Part shown: piece after piece, positions 39,630-49,458 of the stretch
How the letters are laid out: every line of letters begins with the position of its first letter
How positions within the stretch are numbered: the first letter of the stretch is position 1
Assembly: GCF_943913045.1 (NCBI RefSeq)
Contig: NZ_CALTVH010000001.1
Span: 24,264-88,263 of the forward strand
Source: an uncultured Ezakiella sp.
GTDB lineage: Bacteria > Bacillota > Clostridia > Tissierellales > Peptoniphilaceae
Direction of reading: 5' to 3'
DNA: 64,000 nucleotides
Notes under the pieces: model-generated
Seen by the model: only the letters and a program-made list of their open reading frames with translations
Database searches by the model: none
Told to the model about the DNA's origin: nothing
Made by a program: the position numbers and the translations under genes

Positions 39630-41693
39630 TTGAATTTAATTATTGTAGAATCTCCTACAAAGGCCAGGACTATTTCGAGGTTTTTAGGAAAAGACAACAA
39701 AGTTTTAGCCACCAAAGGACACGTAAGAGATTTACCAAAATCGAGACTGGGTGTTGACCTTGAAACTTTCGAACCGGAATATATTAATATTAGAGGTAAG
39801 GCACCTGTTATAAATGAAATAAAAGGTGCAGCCAAAAAAGCTGATAAAGTATATATCGCAACAGATAATGATAGAGAAGGTGAAGCAATAGCCTGGCATG
39901 TTGCATATCTTTTGGGCCTTGAAGGCAAAAAAAATCGTATAGAATTTAATGAAATAACCAAAAAATCTATTTTAAAAGCCATGGAAGACCCAAGGACCAT
40001 TGATGAAAATCTAGTGGACTCTCAACAAGCTAGGAGAGTCTTGGATAGGGTTGTTGGTTATAATCTTTCTCCTGTCCTTTGGAAAAAGGTAAAGGGAAAA
40101 CTCAGTGCGGGTAGAGTTCAATCAGTTGCCCTTATGCTTATATGTGATAGGGAAGAAGAGATAAGAAATTTCAAGCCAGATGAATATTGGACCATAAAAG
40201 CTCTTTTTAAAGACAAGGCTGATGAAATAATTTTTGATCTAAAGCAAATTAAAGACGGAAAATCATATAAGAAAATTGAAATTCCAAATAAGAAAACTAG
40301 CGACAAGATAATCTCTGATTTAAAGAAAGACGATTATATTGTTGTTGCTAACAAGGAAACAAAGAGATCAAAAAAACCATTTCCTCCTTATACAACATCT
40401 TTATTACAACAAGATGCCAATAGGCGATTAGGATTTAAATCTTCCAGGACCATGCAAGTTGCTCAAAGGTTGTATGAAGGTAAAAAAGTTGGGGCAGGCT
40501 CAGAGGTTGGGCTTATCACCTATATGAGAACGGACTCTTACCGTCTAAGTGAAGAGGCGATTAGCGAGGCTGGCAAATTTATTAATACAAAATTTGGTAA
40601 GGAATATTATTCTGGACCCAAACATTATCACAACAAAAAGAAGGGCACCCAAGACGCTCACGAGGCTATTAGACCAACAGATGTAAATCGTACTCCTGAG
40701 TCTATTAGGGAATATTTATCTGCTGATGAATACAAGCTATATTCTTTGATTTGGAATAGATTTGTAAGCTCGCAGATGGAAAGTGCAAAGATTTTAAAGA
40801 AAACCATTGATCTAGAAAATGGAATTTATTTATTTAAGACAGAGGCAGAAGCTATTATATTTGATGGTTATATGCGTGTAAATGGAATTGAATCTGGCTT
40901 TAAAGAAGTTGATTTTGATAAATTTAAAATCGGATCAAAGGTAAATCCTAATAAAATTATACCAGAACAAAATTTTACCAAACCTCCTGCAAGATTTACA
41001 GAAGCCAGCTTGATTAAGACCCTAGAAGATGAGGGAATTGGCAGACCGAGCACATACGCTCCTACTATTTCAACCTTGGTCAATAGAGTTTATATAAAAT
41101 TTGACAAAAAAACTATAGTTCCAACAGAATTGGGGGAAATAGTAAATAAAATTTTAAAGGAAAATTTCCCATCTGTTATCAATGTTAAGTTTACGGCAGA
41201 GATGGAAGAAGTTTTAGATGACGTTAGTGATGGAGACTTAGCATGGCAAAAGGTCTTGAAAGATTTTTATAAGAATTTTGAAAAAGATGTTGCAAAAGCA
41301 AATAAAAATATAGAAGAAGTAAAGATTGAAGACGAAGTCTCGGATGTAAAGTGCGACAAGTGTGGTCGTATGATGGTTTACAAATATAGTAAGTATGGTA
41401 AGTTTTTAGCCTGCCCAGGATTTCCTGAATGCAAAAACACTATGAGCATAGAGGATAAGGTTGGAGTTAAGTGCCCTAAGTGTAAGGATGGAGAAATAGT
41501 AAAGAAAAAAAGTAAAGCTGGAAGAGTTTTCTATGGCTGTAACAAATATCCTGAGTGTGACTTTGCATGTTTTGATATGCCTATAAAAGAAAAATGTCCA
41601 GAGTGCGGAGGCTTGCTTACAGAGAAAAACTACTCCAAATACAAACAAATCAAATGCACAAACTGTGATTATACAGAAAAAAGAGAAAAATAA
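39630..41693 (+). CDS. topA: DNA topoisomerase I with C-terminal Zn-ribbon repeats
   Basis: 687 aa; TOPRIM MNLIIVESPTKA, active-site region, multiple CxxC pairs at C-terminus; TTG start. Confidence 0.95.
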   Translation: MNLIIVESPTKARTISRFLGKDNKVLATKGHVRDLPKSRLGVDLETFEPEYINIRGKAPVINEIKGAAKKADKVYIATDNDREGEAIAWHVAYLLGLEGKKNRIEFNEITKKSILKAMEDPRTIDENLVDSQQARRVLDRVVGYNLSPVLWKKVKGKLSAGRVQSVALMLICDREEEIRNFKPDEYWTIKALFKDKADEIIFDLKQIKDGKSYKKIEIPNKKTSDKIISDLKKDDYIVVANKETKRSKKPFPPYTTSLLQQDANRRLGFKSSRTMQVAQRLYEGKKVGAGSEVGLITYMRTDSYRLSEEAISEAGKFINTKFGKEYYSGPKHYHNKKKGTQDAHEAIRPTDVNRTPESIREYLSADEYKLYSLIWNRFVSSQMESAKILKKTIDLENGIYLFKTEAEAIIFDGYMRVNGIESGFKEVDFDKFKIGSKVNPNKIIPEQNFTKPPARFTEASLIKTLEDEGIGRPSTYAPTISTLVNRVYIKFDKKTIVPTELGEIVNKILKENFPSVINVKFTAEMEEVLDDVSDGDLAWQKVLKDFYKNFEKDVAKANKNIEEVKIEDEVSDVKCDKCGRMMVYKYSKYGKFLACPGFPECKNTMSIEDKVGVKCPKCKDGEIVKKKSKAGRVFYGCNKYPECDFACFDMPIKEKCPECGGLLTEKNYSKYKQIKCTNCDYTEKREK

Positions 41694-41698
41694 TTTTA

Positions 41699-41729
41699 AT
41701 GCAGCTTTAAAAGGCTGCATTTTTCTTTA
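41699..41729 (+). terminator. Rho-independent terminator after topA
   Basis: atgcagc-tttaaaag-gctgcat hairpin followed by TTTTCTTT. Confidence 0.6.
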
Positions 41730-41778
41730 CTATTAATTGATTTTTATTATGTTATAATATCTTTAAGGTGGTGGTGGG

Positions 41779-42438
41779 ATGAGAATATTACTTATTGAAG
41801 ACAATAAGTCATTGGTTGAAACACTGAAGGATTTATTGGAATCTCGAGGGTATGAAGTTGATTATTATTATAATATAGATGATATTGAAGATTATATGAT
41901 TCTTAATAAATATAATTTAATAATCTTGGACTTAATGCTTGGCAAGAGAGATGGTTTAGATTTTTTAAAAACTATTCGTAATGAGATACATAGGCCGATT
42001 TTAATTTTAACAGCAAAGTCTTCAAAAGATGACCAAATTAAAGGTTTGAACCTTGGAGCAGATGATTATATTACAAAACCATTTGATGCAGATATTTTAG
42101 TTGCAAGAATAAATGCGCAATTAAGAAATCAAAATAAAGAAAAAGTTGTATTTAAGGAAACTGAATTTGATTTAAATATAGGTACCATTAGCAGGAAAAG
42201 CGAAGTTTCTAGACTTACAAATTTTGAATTAGAAGTTCTAAAATTATTATATACAAATAAAAACAAAATTTTATCAAAGGCGTATATGATGTCAATGCTG
42301 CCAACACAAAGTGAAGAGGTTACAGAGCGGACAATTGTGTCTCATATATACAATATTAGAAAAAAGATTTTGGAGATAAATGCAGATGATCCAATAGAAA
42401 ATAAATGGGGAGTAGGATATATATGGAAAGAAAGATAA
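41779..42438 (+). CDS. OmpR/PhoB-family response regulator
   Basis: 219 aa; receiver domain with phospho-acceptor Asp in IILDLMLG, winged-helix trans_reg_C output domain. Confidence 0.85.
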   Translation: MRILLIEDNKSLVETLKDLLESRGYEVDYYYNIDDIEDYMILNKYNLIILDLMLGKRDGLDFLKTIRNEIHRPILILTAKSSKDDQIKGLNLGADDYITKPFDADILVARINAQLRNQNKEKVVFKETEFDLNIGTISRKSEVSRLTNFELEVLKLLYTNKNKILSKAYMMSMLPTQSEEVTERTIVSHIYNIRKKILEINADDPIENKWGVGYIWKER

Positions 42439-43454
42439 GGCAGATAATATCTAGCTATATATTGGGTTATTTATTAAAAATATTACTTACAACTATACTA
42501 TCGTTAATAGTCATTAATATATATCAAAAATATGGATTTAGACTTATAAATATTAAATTTAAAACTTCGATTGAGTTTACATTTGGAGCCTTTATATTAG
42601 CATTTATATTTTTCTCTTATAAGTTTTATGAAAAAATAGATAGTCTGATAATGAAAGATTTAGGCAATATAATCAATGGAATAAACTACAATTATTATAC
42701 AAGTGATATGAGTACTGTAGAATTTAAAAAGATTCAAGATGCATTAATTGATAAAAACAAGAAAATTGCAGATAAGGAAAATTTTGTTTACTCAAGCCTA
42801 TCCTATATAAGCCATGATATGAAAACGCCAATTACTGTAATAAATACAAATGTGAATTTAATAAAAAACACAAGAATGCTTGAAGGAAAGAATATAGAAA
42901 GATTAAATAGGATAGAAGCTGAGGCAAATAAAGTATCGGATTATATAGAAAAATTAATGGATGTAAGTCAAAGTTTTTATGAGATAGAGGAAAGGGAAAA
43001 AATAAAAATTGTTGATTTGTTAGCAAATTTAAAAAAGAATGTAGAGATATATTCTGACTTAAGAGAAGAAGAGATTATTTTTGAGAGTAGTGTGGGTGAA
43101 GACGTCTATCTTATAGCTAATATGAACAAGCTACAAAAATCTTTTGTTCATCTTTTGAACAATGCATACGAGCATAGAAGAGAGTATATTAAAATAACAA
43201 CAAGTATTCAAGATGAAAAACTATTAATTGATGTAATAGATGATGGCTTGGGATTTAATGACGAATCGATAAAAAAAGCAAAGGAAATTTTTTATACAGA
43301 TAATTTCGGCAGAACTTCTGGAAAGGGTTATGGAATTGGACTCTATTATGTAGATTCCTATATGGAAAGTTTATCGGGTGAGTTAATTTTACAAAACAAT
43401 AATTATGGTGGGGCATTGCAGAGAATGCAAATTCCAGTTAGTAGGGGTGAATAA
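42423..43454 (+). CDS. Intramembrane-sensing histidine kinase (two TM helices, about 15-aa extracytoplasmic loop)
   Basis: H-box SYISHDMKTPITVI, HATPase motifs DDGLGF and GKGYGIGL; start at MERKIRQ (ATG 42423, 16-nt overlap with the regulator). Confidence 0.8.
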   Translation: MERKIRQIISSYILGYLLKILLTTILSLIVINIYQKYGFRLINIKFKTSIEFTFGAFILAFIFFSYKFYEKIDSLIMKDLGNIINGINYNYYTSDMSTVEFKKIQDALIDKNKKIADKENFVYSSLSYISHDMKTPITVINTNVNLIKNTRMLEGKNIERLNRIEAEANKVSDYIEKLMDVSQSFYEIEEREKIKIVDLLANLKKNVEIYSDLREEEIIFESSVGEDVYLIANMNKLQKSFVHLLNNAYEHRREYIKITTSIQDEKLLIDVIDDGLGFNDESIKKAKEIFYTDNFGRTSGKGYGIGLYYVDSYMESLSGELILQNNNYGGALQRMQIPVSRGE

Positions 43455-43455
43455 T

Positions 43456-43695
43456 ATGGAAAATATTTTATTTATAGCAGCGCTTGTATTATTTATATTG
43501 ATTGACTTATATAAAATACTTAGAGGTAGAATTGATTTCTATACTTTCTATAAGCCGCTATCGCTGGTTATAATTTACAGATATATTTTGGATAATATAT
43601 GGATTGAAGCATTATATGTTGCTTTAGCATACATGATTATATGCTATTTGTTTATATTAATGCAATTAAATAAAATGGAAGAAGAAAAAGAGTAA
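43456..43695 (+). CDS. Small hydrophobic protein (79 aa, 2 predicted TM helices), co-directional with and 1 nt after the kinase
   Basis: ATG 2 nt after kinase stop, RBS AGGGGTGA; MENILFIAALVLFILIDLY... and LYVALAYMIICYLFILM hydrophobic segments; no recognisable family. Confidence 0.5.
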   Translation: MENILFIAALVLFILIDLYKILRGRIDFYTFYKPLSLVIIYRYILDNIWIEALYVALAYMIICYLFILMQLNKMEEEKE

Positions 43696-43731
43696 AACGA
43701 TTTTTTGAATTAGTGAAGGAGGAAAATAAAA

Positions 43732-43833
43732 ATGGCAAGAGATATAAATGAGAGAAAATATATTAAATATATATTTTTATTTGTAGCAGGGATTGTCGTT
43801 GGTATGATTTTAAGAACTGTATTGAAAATATAA
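43732..43833 (+). CDS. 33-aa single-TM micro-protein (MARDINERKYIKYIFLFVAGIVVGMILRTVLKI); below the ORF-track size cutoff
   Basis: Strong RBS GAAGGAGG 9 nt upstream of ATG; charged N-terminus + 18-residue hydrophobic helix + KI; followed by a 13-bp hairpin. Confidence 0.4.
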   Translation: MARDINERKYIKYIFLFVAGIVVGMILRTVLKI

Positions 43834-43872
43834 ATTTAATATAAATGCTGAAAGAAGTAAATAAAAAATTAT

Positions 43873-43913
43873 AAATACTGCTAAAGATAAGACCATAATA
43901 TTTAGCAGTATTT
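43873..43913 (+). terminator. Strong hairpin downstream of the 33-aa ORF (terminator or structured RNA element)
   Basis: 13-bp perfect stem aaatactgctaaa / tttagcagtattt with 15-nt loop; T-tail is short. Confidence 0.4.
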
Positions 43914-43949
43914 ATGTGTCTCTAAATCATAATAAATCTACTAAAACGC

Positions 43950-43978
43950 TTGCTTTAATCTCATTTTTATGGTACAAT
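43950..43978 (+). promoter_or_regulatory. Promoter for rpsB-tsf operon with extended -10
   Basis: TTGCTT 43950-43955, 17-nt spacer, TGgTACAAT 43970-43978; leaves a roughly 90-nt 5' UTR before rpsB. Confidence 0.5.
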
Positions 43979-44076
43979 ACGTCTGTGATTACTCACGCAC
44001 TTTGATGCAGGTACGGTTGCCTTATGGTCTAGCTTGCAGAAGATGAGTGCGGAAGAATATAAACCGGAGGTGTAAA

Positions 44077-44853
44077 ATGAGTGTAATTACTATGAAAGGC
44101 TTATTAGAAGCAGGTGTTCATTTCGGACACCAAACAAGAAGATGGAACCCAAAGATGGCAGAGTTCATCTTTACAGAAAGAAATGGAATCTACATTATCG
44201 ACCTACAAAAAACTGTTAAGCAAATTGAAAAGGCTTACAAGTTTGTAAAAGAAGTTGTAGAAGATGGTGGCAAGGTTATGTTTGTAGGAACAAAGACCCA
44301 AGCCCAAGAAGCTATCGAATCAGAAGCTAAGAGATGCGAAATGCCATTTGTTAACCAAAGATGGTTAGGCGGCATGATGACAAACTATCAAACAATTAAA
44401 AAATCAATTGATAGATTAGAAGAACTAGAACAAATGGAAGAAGATGGAACTTTTGAAGCCCTTCCTAAGAAAGAAGTTATAGAACTTCGCCATGAAATCG
44501 AAAGATTACAAAAATTCTTAGGTGGAATTAAGGATTTCCCAGGTCTACCACAATGCTTATTTGTAATTGACCCAAGCAAAGAATATATTGCTGTAAATGA
44601 AGCAAGAATTCTTGGAATTCCTGTAATTGGTGTTGTAGATACAAACTGTGATCCAGATCAAGTTGACATCCCAATTCCTGCAAATGATGATGCTATCAGA
44701 AGCGTTAAACTTATCACAGAAACAATCGCTAATGCAGTTATTGAAGCTAAGCAAGGCGAACAATATTCTGTTGATGAAGAAGACGCTGAAGAAGAAGTAG
44801 ATCAAGATACAATGGAAGCTGAAATCAACAGCTCCAAAGAAGATCAAGAATAA
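44077..44853 (+). CDS. rpsB: 30S ribosomal protein S2
   Basis: [27 protein letters not shown]; start at ATG 44077 after GGAGGTG (track start 44047 is upstream of the RBS). Confidence 0.95.
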   Translation: MSVITMKGLLEAGVHFGHQTRRWNPKMAEFIFTERNGIYIIDLQKTVKQIEKAYKFVKEVVEDGGKVMFVGTKTQAQEAIESEAKRCEMPFVNQRWLGGMMTNYQTIKKSIDRLEELEQMEEDGTFEALPKKEVIELRHEIERLQKFLGGIKDFPGLPQCLFVIDPSKEYIAVNEARILGIPVIGVVDTNCDPDQVDIPIPANDDAIRSVKLITETIANAVIEAKQGEQYSVDEEDAEEEVDQDTMEAEINSSKEDQE

Positions 44854-44881
44854 ATATTATATAGAATAGGAGTGGTAAATT

Positions 44882-45529
44882 ATGGAAATTACAGCAAGCA
44901 TGGTTAAAGAACTAAGAGATAAAACTGGCGTAGGCATGATGGACTGCAGAAAAGCTCTTCAAGAAACAAATGGAGATATTGAAAAAGCTGTTGACTATTT
45001 AAGAGAAAAAGGACTTTCAAAGGCTGCTAAAAAAGCATCCAGAATTGCTGCTGAAGGTATTGTTGAAAGCTACATTCACGGCGGAAGAATTGGAGTTTTG
45101 GTTGAAGTTAATACTGAAACTGACTTTGTTGCAAAGAACGAAGACTTCAAAGCTTTTGTTAAAGACCTAGCAATGCAAGTTGCAGCAAGCAATCCTCAAT
45201 ATGTTTCAAGAGAAGAAGTTCCAGCTGAAGTTATTGAACACGAAAAAGAAGTTCTAAAACAACAAGCAGTTAACGAAGGAAAACCTGAAGAAATTGCTCA
45301 CAAAATGGTTGAAGGCAGAATCAACAAATACTACACAGAAGTTTGCTTGCTAGAACAACCATTCATCAAAGATCCAGACAAGTCAGTTCAAGATCTCTTA
45401 AACGATCTGATTACAAAAATTGGAGAAAACATTAAAGTTAGACGCTTTACAAGATATGAAGTTGGTGAAGGACTAGAAAAAAGAGAAGAAAACTTCGCTG
45501 ATGAAGTTGCAAAGCAAATGAACGCTTAA
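44882..45529 (+). CDS. tsf: Elongation factor Ts
   Basis: 215 aa; [24 protein letters not shown]. Confidence 0.95.
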   Translation: MEITASMVKELRDKTGVGMMDCRKALQETNGDIEKAVDYLREKGLSKAAKKASRIAAEGIVESYIHGGRIGVLVEVNTETDFVAKNEDFKAFVKDLAMQVAASNPQYVSREEVPAEVIEHEKEVLKQQAVNEGKPEEIAHKMVEGRINKYYTEVCLLEQPFIKDPDKSVQDLLNDLITKIGENIKVRRFTRYEVGEGLEKREENFADEVAKQMNA

Positions 45530-45540
45530 TAGGAGCTTTT

Positions 45541-46257
45541 ATGTCAACAAATAATAGAGTAGTATTAAAACTATCTGGCGAATCAATGGCTGGAGGAAAA
45601 GGTACTGGAATTGATATGGATTTTGTCTATGAATTAGCAAAATCTATCAAAGAAGGTAAGACATCAGACAATGAAATTGCAATTGTTGTTGGTGGAGGCA
45701 ATTTTTGGAGGGGCAGGGATGCCAAGATTATTGAAAGGGCAACCTCAGACTATATGGGGATGCTTGGAACAGTAATGAACGCTTTGGCACTTCAATCTTC
45801 TCTAGAAAAAATTGGTGTAGAAACCAGGGTTCAAACCTCTATACAAATGCAAGAAGTTGCGGAACCATATATTATGAGAAGAGCCATTCGCCATTTAGAA
45901 AAGGGAAGAGTAGTTATTTTTGCAGCTGGTACAGGTAATCCGTACTTCTCGACTGATACTACTGCTGCTTTGAGAGCTGCTGAAATTGGCGCCTCATCAA
46001 TACTTGTTGCAAAAAAAGGTGTTGATGGTGTTTATTCAGCTGATCCAAAGATTGATCCCAATGCTACTAAATTTGACAATTTGACATATTCCGATATTTT
46101 AAGGTTAAACTTAAAAATATTAGATTCCACTGCTACAAGCCTATGTATGGATAACAATATTCCTTTGCTTGTCTTTGGAATTGACAACACAGAAAATATA
46201 ACTAGAGCTTTAAAAGGCGAAAAAATTGGAACTATCATAAGGAGGAACAATGATTAA
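45541..46257 (+). CDS. pyrH: UMP kinase
   Basis: 238 aa; amino-acid-kinase fold, VVLKLSGE and GGGNFWRG motifs. Confidence 0.95.
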   Translation: MSTNNRVVLKLSGESMAGGKGTGIDMDFVYELAKSIKEGKTSDNEIAIVVGGGNFWRGRDAKIIERATSDYMGMLGTVMNALALQSSLEKIGVETRVQTSIQMQEVAEPYIMRRAIRHLEKGRVVIFAAGTGNPYFSTDTTAALRAAEIGASSILVAKKGVDGVYSADPKIDPNATKFDNLTYSDILRLNLKILDSTATSLCMDNNIPLLVFGIDNTENITRALKGEKIGTIIRRNND

Positions 46258-46807
46258 CGAAATTTTCAAAGATGCTGAAGACAGGATGTCAAAGTCAGTA
46301 TCTGTTTATAAAGATGATCTTGCAGCAATTAGAGCTGGAAGAGCAAATCCTGCTTTGTTAGATAGAATTGATGTTGATTACTATGGTGTAATGACTCCAA
46401 TTAAACAACTTTCAAATATATCTGCTCCAGAACCAAGGCTTATTGTAATTCAACCTTTCGATGCAAATGTTATACCTGAAATTGAAAAGGCAATATTGGC
46501 ATCTGATTTAGGGCTAAATCCTGCAAATGATGGAAAGGTAGTTAGACTTGCAATTCCACAACTGACAGAAGAAAGACGTAAGGACTTAACAAAGCTTGTA
46601 GGAAAGTCTGGCGAAGAAGCTAAGGTTAATATCAGAAATATTCGTCGTGACCTAATTGATGGAATTAAAAAACTTGAAAAAGATAAGGAAATCACAGAAG
46701 ACGATAGAAAGAGATCAGAAACTGAAGCTCAAGAACTAACAGATAAATTTATTGAAAGTATTGATAAGCTTACAAAAGAAAAAGAAGCTGAACTAATGGA
46801 AATTTAA
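46250..46807 (+). CDS. frr: Ribosome recycling factor
   Basis: 185 aa; conserved RRF fold, overlaps pyrH end. Confidence 0.95.
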   Translation: MINEIFKDAEDRMSKSVSVYKDDLAAIRAGRANPALLDRIDVDYYGVMTPIKQLSNISAPEPRLIVIQPFDANVIPEIEKAILASDLGLNPANDGKVVRLAIPQLTEERRKDLTKLVGKSGEEAKVNIRNIRRDLIDGIKKLEKDKEITEDDRKRSETEAQELTDKFIESIDKLTKEKEAELMEI

Positions 46808-46816
46808 TTTTCATGT

Positions 46817-46851
46817 CAAAGCACTTTGCTTTATGCAGGGTGCTTTTTTTG
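46817..46851 (+). terminator. Terminator after frr
   Basis: aaagcac ... gtgcttt stem followed by TTTTTTT (46844-46850). Confidence 0.5.
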
Positions 46852-47012
46852 TGGGCAAGTTTATTTTAATTTTTCTTAATAATAAACTTAAATTAAATTC
46901 ACAATTCATTAAGTCTTTGATATAATTAGTTTTTGAATACTTCTGCAGAATAAAGTGAATTTTGTATTTTTTAATTTTATATGATATTCTATATCTAATA
47001 AGAGGTGATATT

Positions 47013-47690
47013 TTGCACATAGCGATAATTATGGATGGTAATGGCAGGTGGGCTACAAAACGTGGTTTGCCAAGAGCTTTTGGCCATAGAAAAGGAATGC
47101 AAAAGGTAATCGAGACTATAGAGTGGGCTGATAAAAATGATATTAAATATTTGACCCTCTATGCTTTTTCCACAGAGAATTGGAAGAGACCACAAAATGA
47201 AGTTTCTTTTTTGATGAACCTTTTGATTGAATATATAGATAAGGAACTTAAAAACCTACACGAAAAAAATGCTAAGGTAAATATATTCGGAAGTTTAAAA
47301 GAACTACCAGAAAAGTGTCGTGAGAAACTTGAGTATGCTGTTGATTTGACCAAGGATAATTCTGGTTTAGTTGTAAATTTTGCTATTAATTATTCTGCCT
47401 GGCAGGATGTAATCTTTGCCACACAAAAAATTGTAGAGTCTGGTATTGATGCAGATAAAGTTGATGAAGAACTAATAAGAAAAAATTTATTTACTGCTGG
47501 CATGCCAGATCCAGATTTTATATTAAGGACTGGAGGAGAACTGCGTCTATCAAATTTTATGTTGATGCAAGCGGCTTATTCAGAATTTATTTTTAGAGAC
47601 TTGTATTGGCCAGATATTACTTGGGATGATTTGGATTCTTGTCTTGAAGAATTTAATCATAGGAAGAGAAATTTTGGAGGACTTAAGTAA
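47013..47690 (+). CDS. uppS: Isoprenyl transferase (undecaprenyl diphosphate synthase)
   Basis: HIAIIMDGNGRWA and cis-IPPS motifs; start set at TTG 47013 (RBS AAGAGGTGA 5 nt upstream) instead of track start 46962. Confidence 0.85.
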   Translation: MHIAIIMDGNGRWATKRGLPRAFGHRKGMQKVIETIEWADKNDIKYLTLYAFSTENWKRPQNEVSFLMNLLIEYIDKELKNLHEKNAKVNIFGSLKELPEKCREKLEYAVDLTKDNSGLVVNFAINYSAWQDVIFATQKIVESGIDADKVDEELIRKNLFTAGMPDPDFILRTGGELRLSNFMLMQAAYSEFIFRDLYWPDITWDDLDSCLEEFNHRKRNFGGLK

Positions 47691-48466
47691 TGAGCACATT
47701 TAAAACTAGATTAATCACATCGATTGGAATAGCGGTTTTTTATATAGGGATGTATTTACTGGGTAGTACTGTTGCAACAATAGCAACTAGTCTTATTATC
47801 CTGGGCATTATCTATGAGCTTGATAAGTGCTTTAAAACAAAAGACATCAAGCCTTATAGCATATTTTTGATGGGTATAGTAATATTTAGATCTATAAATT
47901 CATTCCTGCTTTTTAAATACAGTTATTATCATCTAGATAATATTTTAATATTAGCCATGCTAATTTACTTTATTTTTGATGATAGTGAAAACAAACTTAT
48001 GAATGTATGTGCGACTGCCTTTATATATGTATATATTCTCATTTTGGGCAGAACTTTTTATACTTATCAGGTATTTAATTCAGATAGATTTTTATTGATC
48101 ATTGCGATTACAACTGGTGCTGATGTTTTTGCTTACTTGGGAGGAAGTCTGCTTGGTAAGCACAAGCTCATGCCAAAAATAAGTCCTAAAAAGACAATTG
48201 AAGGTGCAGTTTTCGGCCTCTTGGGAGGTATTGGACTGGGATTACTTGCAGGTTCTTTAGTTTTAAATATGTCTGTTAACTTTAAGTCTATTTTAGTTTT
48301 ACTTTTTGCATCAATTATGGCTGAATTTGGTGACCTTTTTGCATCATCTGTAAAAAGGGCATTGGGAGTTAAGGATTTTAGTAATCTTTTACCAGGTCAT
48401 GGGGGATTACTTGATAGATTTGATAGCATTTTATTTGTTGCATTTGCATTGGGGTTATTTTTATAA
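47690..48466 (+). CDS. cdsA: Phosphatidate cytidylyltransferase
   Basis: 258 aa polytopic membrane protein with C-terminal CTP-transferase signature (SSVKRALGVKDFSNLLPGHGGLLDRFDS). Confidence 0.85.
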   Translation: MSTFKTRLITSIGIAVFYIGMYLLGSTVATIATSLIILGIIYELDKCFKTKDIKPYSIFLMGIVIFRSINSFLLFKYSYYHLDNILILAMLIYFIFDDSENKLMNVCATAFIYVYILILGRTFYTYQVFNSDRFLLIIAITTGADVFAYLGGSLLGKHKLMPKISPKKTIEGAVFGLLGGIGLGLLAGSLVLNMSVNFKSILVLLFASIMAEFGDLFASSVKRALGVKDFSNLLPGHGGLLDRFDSILFVAFALGLFL

Positions 48467-49458
48467 TGAAATTTATTTACGCATTTTTAATTTTACTTGG
48501 TGTAATAACCATCCACGAGTTTGGGCATTTTATTGCAGCTAGAATTGTGGGGGTAAGGGTCAAGGAGTTTTCTATAGGAATTGGTCCAAAGTTATACAAA
48601 AATCAGGGAGTGGAAACTTTATTTAGCATAAGAGCTCTACCACTTGGTGGCTATTGCAGATTTGACGATGAAGAAGATGAAAAAGATCTAGGTTTTTCTT
48701 ATAAGTCTTCGGACAAAGTTGATTATGAAGATGCATCGAATGGCAAAAAGCTAATAATTTTAATAAGTGGTATTCTTATGAATATGCTAACTGCTCTTCT
48801 TATTCTATTCTTATTATTTTCTTTTTATGGCTATCCATCAACCTATGTTGAAAAAATCGTACCAGGATCTGTGGCTGAAGAAGTTGGTATTCAAGAGGGT
48901 GACCATATTGTAAAAATTGATGGTATAAAAGTTAATACCGCAAGTGAACTAATGGCAACAGAGGCTTATGAAAATAAAAAATATACTCTAACTGTAATCA
49001 GAAATGGGGAAGAACTGTTAATCCCGATAGTTTCTGAGGATGGTAAGATTGGAGTTTATTTTGCAGTTAGAAAAAATCCTGGCATAGCTATTAAGCAAAG
49101 TTTTAATACAGCTGGTATGTTTATAAGTGAAATATTTAAAGCTATTAAAGAGATTTTTGTTGGCAAATCTGATAATTTGATGGGCGTAGTTGGATTTGTA
49201 GCTACAGTTGGTACAATGCAAGGCATAAATTTAAATCTTATATTAATGATTATAGTTAATATTTCTATATCCTTAGCTGTCTTTAACTTGCTTCCTATAG
49301 CACCGCTCGATGGGGGACAGATTTTAATTGTCTTAATTGAAAGCATAATTGGTAGAGAGCTTAGCGAAAAAGCAAAAACTATAATTATGAGTATTGGTAT
49401 AGTTTTCATACTTTATATTTTTATAAGGAGTTTAATGAATGACTTTTCAAGATTTTAG
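48466..49458 (+). CDS. rseP: RIP zinc metalloprotease RseP/RasP (site-2 protease) with PDZ domain
   Basis: HEFGHFIAAR zinc motif, PDZ segment, C-terminal LDGG motif. Confidence 0.85.
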   Translation: MKFIYAFLILLGVITIHEFGHFIAARIVGVRVKEFSIGIGPKLYKNQGVETLFSIRALPLGGYCRFDDEEDEKDLGFSYKSSDKVDYEDASNGKKLIILISGILMNMLTALLILFLLFSFYGYPSTYVEKIVPGSVAEEVGIQEGDHIVKIDGIKVNTASELMATEAYENKKYTLTVIRNGEELLIPIVSEDGKIGVYFAVRKNPGIAIKQSFNTAGMFISEIFKAIKEIFVGKSDNLMGVVGFVATVGTMQGINLNLILMIIVNISISLAVFNLLPIAPLDGGQILIVLIESIIGRELSEKAKTIIMSIGIVFILYIFIRSLMNDFSRF

